A DNA stretch of 64,000 bases from Mustelus asterias (taxonomy: Eukaryota). Shown here piece after piece: positions 10,732-21,199 of the stretch. Where the stretch lies: positions 248,001 through 312,000 of the forward strand of contig NW_027590210.1 of NCBI RefSeq assembly GCF_964213995.1, written 5' to 3'. The position numbers were made by a program, and so were the translations under genes. Below the pieces are notes generated by a model, which saw nothing but the letters and a program-made list of their open reading frames with translations, ran no database searches and was not told where the DNA came from. Every line of letters starts with the position of its first letter. The stretch's first letter is position 1.

Positions 10732-10900
10732 CTAACCCTCCGTGTAAAAGCCCCACCAGTCTATCTGTGAATAAAAATGAACGACCAAGACACGGGGACT
10801 TTTATTAATATTTTTCTCTCTGGTTATAGCTCTTGTCCGAGGATTCCTCATGGCAAAACTATTCGCTCTCTGCATCGCCAAAGTTTCCAAAGGAATTCTC
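10732..10900 (-). CDS. Candidate last exon of the repeat-exon gene
   Basis: Long polypyrimidine tract then CCAAG acceptor. Phase-2 frame RIPLETLAMQRANSFAMRNPRTRAITREKNINKSPRVLVVHFYSQIDWWGFYTEG*; RNPRTR matches RNPWTR of the upstream exons. An alternative phase-0 reading ENSFGNFGDAESE* is followed by AATAAA. Confidence 0.4.
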
Positions 10901-11820
10901 CTTGGAAGAGAGAAAGAGAAAATAAAGTGAAATTTGATTAAACACAAAACAAAAGCTGATTATAAACAATAAAAGGCACAGCAAGATCCCAGGACTTGCT
11001 GAAATTCACAATCTCACTGGGGGAGGTGGGGGAAACATTCAGTTTCACCTCCTCATTATTAAACCCTGACAAAATGGGAACACGTTTCAAATGCAATGAA
11101 CTTCCAACTGCCTCCTGACTGTCCCGATATTGAATTTATTAAACACATCAAAGCATTCTGGGGGCTTTACTCCAGAGACAGGCCAGTGAAAAAACACAGG
11201 AGGCCCCAATGAAGTTCCCACTTCTATCAGTCACCTCTCTCCCCTCACTCTGTTTCTCCCTCTCCGTCTCCTACACACTTCCCCCAGATCTCTATCTGTC
11301 CAATACCCCGTCTCTGCTCCTGTCTCTGGATAACCTGTCCTGATCTCTGCTCTGTTTCTCTATCTCGAGGCGAATCTGGATTGAAATGCTCTCTCTAAGT
11401 TTCTGTCTGACCGTTTAAAATAAAACTCACAATCAAAAGGGAAATGAGAGGGGGGGGGGGGGGGGGGGCGCGGGGGGGGCAGGAAAATCCACAATCCCAC
11501 CCTGAAGCGGCTGCTTCACATTTTATTGAACCATTGAATTCAGCCACTTAAACCCTGTTGGGGAATTAAGCGAATGCAAAAGTGCTGCTGAGATTTAGGC
11601 CGTGAAGCGCGGCCTAGTCACAGAGGCTGCATTATTCCTCAGGTGGAAAGAACAAACCCCCCTCTCTCCCACCCCCCAGTTAAACAGAACAATCTTCTCC
11701 ATCCACACCCACAAATCCCAGCGCCCTGTCTAAAAACACAAGCAGGACTCTGGGATTGAGAACAAGCCTTTCCCCCAGGCTCAGGAATTTGAATTTCAGC
11801 TCAGGAATTTGAATTTATAC

Positions 11821-11904
11821 ATCCTGGACAAAGAACAGGTTCCCCAGGCCCCGGCCAGTTCACCAGAACAATCCCCTCCAGCCCCGAAACCTCCCGGACA
11901 GGGC
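11821..11904 (-). CDS. Candidate 84-bp phase 2-2 exon of the repeat-exon gene
   Basis: Acceptor TTCCCCCCTCCCTCCTCCCAG; PCPGGFGAGGDCSGELAGAWGTCSLSR then AT/GTATAA donor (weak); WGTCSLSRM parallels WTEACSIGRM. Confidence 0.4.
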
Positions 11905-12941
11905 CTGGGAGGAGGGAGGGGGGAAAAGGGAACCAGTGCTGCCCCCACCCCCTGTCCCCTTCCACCCTCCCCTCACACCGCACGCAGCCCCCATTACAGA
12001 ATCATAGAATCCTACAGTACAGAAGGAGGCCATTCGGCCCATCAGGTCTACACCAACCACATTCACATCCAGGCCCCATCCTCATTACTCCATGTGACTC
12101 TCTCTCTCTCTCTCTGTCTCCCTGTCTCTCTCTCTCTTTGTGTGACTTTCTCTCTGTCTCTCCCGATCTCTCTCTCCCTGTCCAATATTGTTATGAAGTT
12201 GCGTATATCAGGTTAAAAATGTGGTGTTTGACAAATGTAAATATTGAAAAGAAATGCTGAGAAAACCAAAACGAACCATCCAGCGTTGTGTCTTTAGAAA
12301 GCCTGTGTCTCTGTGCTGGGGATTTTAAACTGCAGAAAGCAGGCTGCAGAACACAACTTTACAAACATTTGTGTCCAAAGCAGCAGCCAGAGTCCCAGCA
12401 GAGCAAAACAGGCTTTGAACTGGACCAATGATTTTAAAACAAGCTCTCAAACGCACACAACCAATTGCATTCAAATTGGGGCGTTGGTGACAGCCTCAAG
12501 CCACTCAAATTGCAGGAATACTGTGAGGAAATTCTGGGTATTTAAACCCGGGACAGGGGGAAATAACGGGGAGGGAGCGACCTTGCTGCCTCTTTAGATT
12601 GAAGGGGGGAGAGTCTGATACTGAATCCTGCAGTAATATATACAGCTTCATCACATCACCATCTAAATAGAAGCAGAAACCAACTCAGAAAGTATTCCAG
12701 ACCCAAGCAGCAGAAGCAAGTTCACACTTCCAACAGACGCCTGGTTATTCGAGGGTGACTCTATTCTGTAATGATTTATTTCATTATTCCTGAGTGAGTC
12801 TTGTCCTTGGAACAGCATTCTACTGGGGAGTTTATTCAGTTTGTTCATTGTTTTAATAAGGTTGTCACCCAGTCTAAATTAAAGACCTGTTTGGTTGTTC
12901 CTGATGGAGAGAGTGTCAGATCTTGCTTTAATTTACCAATT

Positions 12942-13120
12942 TCTCCCACAGTCCAAAGCTGTGCGGGTTCGGTGGATTGGCCGTGTTAAATTGACCCCAG
13001 TGTCAGGGGGATTAGCAGGTTAAAAGTGTGGGGTTACGGGAATAGGGCCTGGGTGGGATTGTGGTTGGTACAGACTAGATGGGCCGAATGACCTCCTTCT
13101 GCACTGTAGGGATTGAATGT
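12942..13120 (+). mobile_element. 5'-truncated SINE (HE1-like)
   Basis: Similar to the 3' half of 3852-4165. Confidence 0.75.
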
Positions 13121-15244
13121 CTAAAACCAGTCGCTTCCTCCTGTCTCACACACACTTATTTAAGATTACGAGGCGAGGTGTATCCCTTTAGGGGGTTACA
13201 AAATAGCGCAGAGGGAAACATCACCTCAGAGTGGTAACAATATTTATAATCCCACAATCACACACCCACCCTCCCTTAGTCAATGAATGAATGATTCAAA
13301 TGACAATGAAGGTAATTCTGCACAGCAAGATCCCACTGCCAGTCCCACAGTGGAGGAGGACACCCCCAGACTCTGTGTCTCTTTCCCCCTGCCCCTCCTG
13401 AGACCCTCTCACATCTCCCCCACCCCCTCTCTGTTTAGCTCTCCCTCCATTTCTCTATCTCTCTCTCTGCCTCCTCCGCCTCCCCAACCCTTCTCCTTCC
13501 CTCAATCTTTCCTGTTTAAAGTTCTGCTCACGGTCACAGTGCGAGGAATAGGGAGCCAGACCCACCTGTGTGCACAGCAAGATCCCACACACACAACCTG
13601 GTGAGGGCCAGATTAAATAAATGTTGTGGGTGAGGACTGCAGGAGAGTGTGTGGGAAATGGGATCCACTCCTCTCTCTCTCTCTCTCTCTTCCCAAATTT
13701 AAATTGACAACAATTCACATTGGTGTTTTCTTAAACATTTATTGAAAGATGAAATATAGACAGGAATGTCTGGGGAGAGAGGGAGGGGAGGGGTGCTGGG
13801 ATTGGTAAGAACACTGGAGAGACAGAGAAATTCTATACCCCCCCCCCCATCCAAATAGAAAATTCCTGGGAAAAGACAGAGAGAAAAGAAATCTGGAGTC
13901 ACACAGCACAGAAACAGGCCCTTCGGCCCACCAGCTCCATGCTGGCCATCAAATCCCAATCTATCCTCCTCCCATTCCCCAGCACTTGCTCAAGAGCCTA
14001 CGATGCCTCGGTGATTAAAGTGCTTGAATTTACCCGACCCCTTTTCAAGCTTTTTCCTTGAACCCACTTTGCGGTCCCTGAGCCAGATTTTGTTTGAAAA
14101 TAAAAAGTGTGGGCGCTGTTGCTGTGCAGGCAAAGGCCACAGGCCCAGTGTGTGCACAGCAAGATCCCACAGTAGCAGCAGCAATGTGAACCTGAATCAG
14201 ATGGGACACAGTCCTCCCCCCACCCCTCCCCCACTCTCTTGCCTGCTGTGAGCCCCCTTCCCCACTCACTACCCTGTGTGTGTCTGTGTGTGTGTGTCTG
14301 CATCATCCCAAATCTCCAGAAAGGCCGGAACTCCCTCTTAAAAGTAACCCTTTTTAAAACTAAAATCCCTGTGGTGCACAGCAAGATCCCACAAAGTGCA
14401 GTCAGCTGTGTTGAGCATTTTTTAAATTTGGGAATTGTTTATACAGAGTGAGGGAGCCAGAGAGGGGCTGAGACAGTGAAATCCCTCTCTCAGGACCCTC
14501 AGAATTAAACTGGAGACCCTGTCCCTCACTGAAACCCCCCCTCCCTCTAACAGCCTGTGTCTCTCCCCCTGCATCTAATCCACAACTCCAGCTGTTTCCA
14601 TCCCTCCCTCTTCCTCTCTCTCCCTGCCTCTCTGTCTCCATCTGTTTCTGCTCGAGAAGAGACGGGGAGAGAGAGAGACGGGGAGAGACAGAGATAAAGC
14701 GAGAGAGACAGATATTTGATAATTAATTGTGTATGGTCGCATGATTGAGTGTGGTTTAATTTGGTGATTTTTTTTATACAGAGAGGCAGAGAGAGAGGTG
14801 AAGACAGTGACATTCTCCCCCTGGCACCCTCGCAAGTTCAAAGACACAAAAGCTGCAGACACTCACACACACAAACTGGGTTTGGTAAGTTTCCCAATCT
14901 CTGCAGCTTCCCATGTGGCCCAGGGTTTGAATTGAAATTTAAAAGCAGCTTGGAGAGACTGAAGGATTTTTGAGTTGAGTTTCTCCCCCCCCCTCACCCT
15001 GTAAATATAAAATAGAAATTCCTGGATTAAAATATTCCCTTGGACAGAGCAGAGGGAATGTGTGAGTGGTGTGTGTGTGTGTCTGAGACCTAGGCTGGAT
15101 TTGGGAATATCTGCCTGCTGAAGAGGGTCAGTGAAACCATCCTGGCTGAATATCTCATCGCTAAAGAGTCACAGAGAGAGATATCTGATCAATAAATGTG
15201 TTACTGAACCCACTCTGGATGCTCCCTCTATCTCTGTCTTTCTC

Positions 15245-15548
15245 ACTAACTTCATTGCAGTGTTAATGTAAGCCTTGTGACACTAAGAAATAAACTTTAA
15301 ATCTTTCAACTTTAAAAACTCTCTCTTTCTGTCTCTCTCAGTAACTGCAGCGTTAATGTAAGCCTTACTTGTGACACGAATAAACAAACTTTAAAACTTT
15401 AAATATCCTCTCTGTCTCTTTCTGTCTCTTTATCTATGTCTCTGTCTCTGTGTGTCTCTGTCTCTCTCAGTAACTTCATTGCAGTGTTAATGTAAGCCTT
15501 ACTTGTGACACTAATAATCAAACTTTAAAACTTTCAACTTTAAAACCT
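15245..15548 (+). repeat. Three tandem copies of a SINE 3' tail
   Basis: AACTTCATTGCAGTGTTAATGTAAGCCT..TGTGACACTAATAA..AACTTTAA-like at about 15248, 15341 and 15470. Confidence 0.8.
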
Positions 15549-16670
15549 CTGTCTGTGTGTCTCTGTCTCAATTCAGACACTAGTTCAGTGCCAGGTTGAG
15601 AGGGGGTCAGTATTGAGCAGAATGGGGGGCAGTTTGATACAAAGTTTGCAGAAACTGCAGCGAGTGTTTGTAAACATGTTGGGGTTGTGGAAAGGTCAGT
15701 GTGTAACAAGCTGAGGGAAGGTGTTTCCACTTCACATGTGGCTACTTTTTGACAGAGTTACCTTTGCATCTACAGGGAGCTCTGAAGCCTCATGGCTTTC
15801 TGCCTGCCTCTGTTTGAACAGTTTAATATGTTTCAGCACTGAGACCTCTGGCCCTTGTTGGGAATATCAGTCTCCCAGAATACCAGTATACCTGACTGCC
15901 CACCTCCCCGCCCGCCAACCCCAGCCCCCAACCCTGTGTGTGTGTTGTCCCAAGTCTGGAGACTTCCCCACAGTCCCCTGAAAGGTTTAAACTGCCTCTG
16001 AGAAAACACCCCTTTTTAAAACAAAATCCCCAGCAAGATCCCACAAGGTGCAGTCAGCTGTGTTGAGAGTTTTGTAATTTGGGAAAAGTTTATACAGAGA
16101 GAGAGAGAGTGAGGCAGAGAGGGGCTGAGACAGTGAAATCAAACCCCCCGGGACACCCAGAATGAAAATTACACAGCACAAAATCCCAGGATTGCCCCTT
16201 TCCAGGTTTTACTGAGAGTTTGTCCAACTAAATATTAATTCCTGGGAAAAAGAGGGAGAGAGAGAGAATAAAGAGAGGCAGAGAGAGGAAGGAAATGGAG
16301 AGAAAAGCAGAGAGAAATAGACAGAATGGGGGAAAAGCTGTGGAGAGGATGAAATGAAAATCTGAACATCTGTTAACTGAATTGTAAAGGCCTCTGTGAA
16401 TTTTATTCAACAATTAGGTTCATTGCTCTGTCTCCGACCCCTGTTATTTTAGATTTAAAGCAAACTTATAGACAGTTTCATACATAATTTAGTCTTTGCC
16501 ACCCACCAAAGGGTTAACGTGTTCGCGACTAATTACAAAGCCGGGATATTTTAACCCCAGGGTTTCAAACTCCAGCCCCCCACACCCCACAATCGACCAG
16601 AACTGGTTCATCCGAGGAAGCGAGATTAAAATTAAACCTGGATCAGGGTAATAAAGAGACGACAACTCAC

Positions 16671-16772
16671 ATGCGGCCGATAGAACAGGCCTCAGTCCAT
16701 CCATCCTCCTCTGGAGAAAAGCCCCTTGTCCAAGGATTCCGAGTCATGTTGCAGTCTTCAAAATTCAAATTC
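16671..16772 (-). CDS. 102-bp phase 2-2 exon of unknown repeat protein
   Basis: TTTTCTCTTCTCCCCAG acceptor, GTGAGT donor; only open frame NLNFEDCNMTRNPWTRGFSPEEDGWTEACSIGR. Confidence 0.6.
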
Positions 16773-17591
16773 CTGGGGAGAAGAGAAAATAATGAATTAA
16801 GGTACAAGAAAATGTTTAAATTAAATAGCACAAGAGCCCAGGATTCCCCCTTCTAAGATTTCACTGAGAGATTGTTTAACTAAATATGAATTCCTTGGGA
16901 AGAGATAGAATATAATTAATTTAAATACAAGAAAATGTTGAAATTAAATAGCACAAGAGCCCAGGATTCCCCTTTCTCAGTTACACAATCTCTCAGTAAA
17001 AGCTAAATATTAATTCTTGGGTAAAAGAGAGAGAAATATATTAAAATACCAGAAAATGTTTAAATTAAATAGCACAAGAGCCCAAGATTCCCCCTTCTCA
17101 GATTTTACTGAGAGATTGTCCAACAAAATATGACTTCCTGGGAAAAAGAGGGAGAGAGAGGGAATAGAAAAGAGAGACAGATAGAGGAAGGAAAGGGAGA
17201 GAAAGAGAGAAAGCGGAGAGAAATAGACAGAATGGCGGAAAAGCTGCAGAGAGGACACAATGAAAGTCTGAACATCTGAAAACTGAATTGTAAAGGCCTC
17301 TATGAATTTTATTCAACAATTAGGAACAGCGCTCTGTCTCCCATCCCCTGTTATCTTGGATTTAAAACTAACTTTCAGACTGCTTCATATTACAGATATT
17401 TAATTTACTCTTTGCCACCCAGCAAAGGGTTAACCTGTTTCTGACTAACTGCAAAGCCGGGATATTTTAACCCCAGGGTTTCAAACTCCAGCTGCCCCCC
17501 CACACCCCACAATCGAACCAGAACTGGTTCATCCGAGGAAGCGAGATTAAAATTAAACCTGGATCAGGGTAATAAAGAGATGACAACTCAC

Positions 17592-17727
17592 ATGCGGCCT
17601 ATAGAACAGGCCTCAGTCCATCCATCCTCCTCTGGAGAAAAGCCCCTTGTCCAAGGATTCTGAGTCCCATTGTAGTCTCTCATGTACTCTGCATTGAAAC
17701 GAGCGAAGCCATATTCCTGTCTCCCTG
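17592..17727 (-). CDS. Variant exon with different 5' half; acceptor uncertain (17727, 17724 or 17716)
   Basis: GRQEYGFARFNAEYMRDYNGTQNPWTRGFSPEEDGWTEACSIGR, GTGAGT donor; in frame only if entered in phase 1 (17727 or 17724) or phase 0 (17716). Confidence 0.45.
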
Positions 17728-18319
17728 CTGACAATAACGGAGAGTTTTTATTGATTAAAGATTTAAAGAGACACAAAGAAAGATGGAGCCAGAGAGAGAG
17801 AGAGACATTCTGGAGAGTGATAGACAGATATGGAAGAACGCTCGAGAGAGAGAGAGATGAGCGGAAAGAGACAGGAAGGGAGAGAAAGCTGAAGATGAGA
17901 AAAAATACTGGAGGGAGAGACAGAGAGAAAAGCAGAGAGAAATAGACAGAATGGGGAAGAAAGCTGTAGAGGGGAAGATAAATGCAATGGCTGAACTTCA
18001 GAAAATTGAATTGTAATGTCCTCTGTGAAACGTATTTAACATTCGGGTATATCACTCTCTCCCACCCCTGATATTTTGGATTTATATCAAACTTTTAGAC
18101 AGCTTCATATTACAGATATTTAATTTACTCTTTGCCACCCACCTAAGGGTTAATGTGTTTGTAACTAATTGCAAAGCTGGGATATTTTAACCCCAGGGTT
18201 TTAAACTCCACCCCCCCCCCCCCCCCTCCCCACCCCACAATCGAACCAGAACTGGTTCATCCGAGGAAGCGAGATTAAAATTAAACCTGGATCAGGGTAA
18301 TAAAGAGACGACGACTCAC

Positions 18320-18421
18320 ATGCGGCCTATAGAACAGGCCTTAGTCCATCCATCCTCCTCTGGAGAAAAGCCCCTTGTCCAAGGATTCCGAGTCATGTTG
18401 CAGTCTTCAAAATTCAAATTC
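18320..18421 (-). CDS. 102-bp phase 2-2 exon copy
   Basis: CCCCAG acceptor, GTGAGT donor; NLNFEDCNMTRNPWTRGFSPEEDGWTKACSIGR. Confidence 0.6.
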
Positions 18422-19243
18422 CTGGGGAACAGAGAAAATAATTAATTAAAGTACAAGAAAATGTTTAAATTAAATAGCACAAGAGCCCAGGATTCCCCCT
18501 TCTAAGATTTCACTGACAGATTGTTTAACTAAATATGAATTCCTTGGGAAGAGATCGAATATAATTAATTTAAATACAAGAAAATGTTGAAATTAAATAG
18601 CACAAGAGACCAGGATTCCCCTTTCTCAGTTACACAATCTCTCAGTAAAATCTAAATATTAATTCTTGGGTAAAAGAGAGAGAAATATATTAAAATACCA
18701 GAAAATGTTTAAATTAAATAGCACAAGAGCCCAAGATTCCCCCTTCTCAGATTTTACTGAGAGATTGTGCAACAAAATATGACTTCCTGGGAAAAAGAGG
18801 GAGAGAGAGGGAATAAAAAAGAGAGACAGATAGAGGAAGGAAAGGGAGAGAAAGAGAGAGAGAAAGCAGAGAGAAATAGACAGAATGGGGGAAAAGCTGC
18901 AGAGAGGACACAATGAAAGTCTGAACATCTGAAAACTGAATTATAAAGGCCTCTATGAATTTTATTCAACAATTAGGAACAGCGCTCTGTCTCCCATCCC
19001 TGTTATCTTGGATTTAAAACTAACTTTGAGACAGCTTCATATTACAGACATTTAATTTACTCTCTGCCACCCAGCAAAGGGTTAACCTGTTTCTGACTAA
19101 CTGCAAAGTCGGGATATTTTAACCCCAGGGTTTCAAACTCCAGCTGCCCCCCCACACCCCACAATCGAACCAGAACTGATTCATCCGAGGAAGCGAGATT
19201 AAAATTAAACCTGGATCAGGGGAATAAAGAGACGACAACTCAC

Positions 19244-19345
19244 TTGCGGCCTATAGAACAGGCTTCAGTCCATCCATCCTCCTCTGGAGATAAGCCCCTT
19301 GTCCAAGGATTCCGAGTCACATTGCAGTCTTCAAAATTCAAATTC
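19244..19345 (-). CDS. 102-bp phase 2-2 exon copy
   Basis: CCCCAG acceptor, GTGAGT donor; NLNFEDCNVTRNPWTRGLSPEEDGWTEACSIGR. Confidence 0.6.
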
Positions 19346-19736
19346 CTGGGGAGAAGAGAAAATAATTAATTAAAATACAAGAATTCTTTAAATTAAATAG
19401 CACAAGAGGCCAGGATTCCCCCTTCTCAGTTACACAATCTCTCAGTAAAATCTAAATATTAATTCTTGGGGAAAGAGAGAGAAAATAATTAAAATACAAG
19501 AAAATATTTAAATTACATAGCACAGCAAAAAACCCAGGATCTCCCCTCAGTGACACAATCTCTCAGTAACACCCAAACACAACAAGTCAGTTGTAAAGCA
19601 GAGACTAAAGAGATTGAGACAGTTCCCTCCCTGTGTGTTTCTCTCTCTCTCTCTCTATTCCACTCTCATTCAGATCTCGCTCCCTCTGATATGAAACATT
19701 AAATCTGGATCAGGTTAATAAACAGACACAACTCAC

Positions 19737-19861
19737 TCGGGATGAAGCCTGAGCAACAGGCCTCAGTCAGCCCTCCCTCTGGACGAAGCTCCTCTCCCTC
19801 ATCCTGGTCACAAACATTCCCGTCCTTTGGATCCTCGACACATCCCCAGTTTTCAAAATTC
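19737..19861 (-). CDS. Divergent 125-bp paralogous exon (phase 2 to 1)
   Basis: TCTCTTTTTCTCCTGAG acceptor (unusual GAG), GTGAGT donor; NFENWGCVEDPKDGNVCDQDEGEELRPEGGLTEACCSGFIP; downstream intron start is homologous to the other copies. Confidence 0.45.
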
Positions 19862-20873
19862 CTCAGGAGAAAAAGAGATAAAAATTGGTTAAAAAGAGAG
19901 AGAAAAAGAGACAAGGCCATTTTAACAATAAGACACACAACATATCACAGCGAGGAGTCCAGCATTTCCATTCAAGTCCATTCAGCATCATGTCAACACA
20001 AGCAAAGCACAGGTAAAAACGCAGATTGAGACACACACACACACACTGAATCAGAGTGGGAATGTTTTCAGTGCAGGGGGATTATTGGTGTGGAGACTGA
20101 AGGCTCTCAGATTCACATTTATCCTGAGTGTGCTGGATGCAAACCCCACCCTGAGTCTCTGACATGTCTGCAATGTCTGTCTCTCTATTGAGATGCTAAT
20201 TCACCCCCCCTCCCCCTCTCACCCCAGAGGAGTTTGTGGCAATGTCAGACTGACTATTGATATGTTAATGCAGGGAGGCAATGGATTCTGCAATCTCCTG
20301 CCTTTAGTTTCTTTAGTTTCGTTTCAAACTTTATTTCTTTTCCCCTGTAGGTCGTGTTCGTCCATTTCAAAAACCCCCTGACCCCCCCACACCAGCCCTG
20401 AAAATCCTTGCAGCCGCTCCCCACAACCCAGCGAGTGGAGGGGGAATGGGGATGTGTGAGTGAGTGGATTGGGGGGATTGTGTCAGTGTGTGTCTGTCTA
20501 TCCCCCCCCTCTCTGCTCACACTTCCTGCCCAGCCTGCTGAAGACAGGGAAAGAATGGGAGTTGAACAAAGCCTCCTCTCTGCCTCCATTTTCAAAGGAT
20601 TTGCCCCTTTCTCACACCAGTTTTGTCCATTGAGCTGTCCCTATCAATTGGAAAAAAGTTTTATTTATCTCGCTGTGAGATATGAAGTCACTAATTACTA
20701 AATACAGGCAAAAACATCCCATTATGAGACACGGAGGTTCAATGGGATTTTAAACTGAAATCCTCGGATGTCAATTCCTTAGGTTAAAAGTTTCTAATTC
20801 ATTAATTTGGATTAAATTAAAACCGGCCAGTATATTCTCACCAGCTGCTTTCTGTTAACTCTCCCCCTTATCA

Positions 20874-21172
20874 CCGGTGGTTAGCACTGCTGCCTCACAG
20901 CGCCAGGGACCCGGGTTTGATTCCCGGCTTGGGTCACTGTCTGTGCGGAGTCTGCACGTTCTCCCCATGTCTGCGTGGGTTTGCTCTGGGTGCTCCGGTT
21001 TCCTCCCACAGTCTGAAAGACGTGCTGGTTAGGGTGCATTGGCCGTGCTAAATTCTCCCTCAGTGTAACCCGAACAGGCACCGGAGTGTGGGCGACTCGG
21101 GGATTCTCACAGTAACTTCATTGCAGTGTTAATGTAAACCTACTTGTCACACTCGTAAATAAACTGAAACTT
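20874..21172 (+). mobile_element. tRNA-derived SINE
   Basis: GGTGGTTAGCACTGCTGCCTCACAGCGCCAGGGACCCGGGTTTGATTCC head; tail GTAACTTCATTGCAGTGTTAATGTAA. Confidence 0.85.
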
Positions 21173-21199
21173 AACACTCCTGCACTCTCCCGCCAGCAC

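Larger units (their letters stand above)
16160..19570. repeat. Tandem duplication of exon-bearing units (0.73-0.92 kb; about 1.65-kb dimer)
   Basis: Exon donor ends at 16671, 17592, 18320 and 19244 (offsets 1649 and 1652 for alternate copies). Introns are shared and contain an AT-rich subrepeat of about 120-130 bp. Confidence 0.9.

Noticed and set aside
16671-16856. Plus-strand ORF MRPIEQASVHP...
   Set aside because: Antisense shadow of the minus-strand exon; its ATG comes from the donor-site context and is lost in the 19244 copy.
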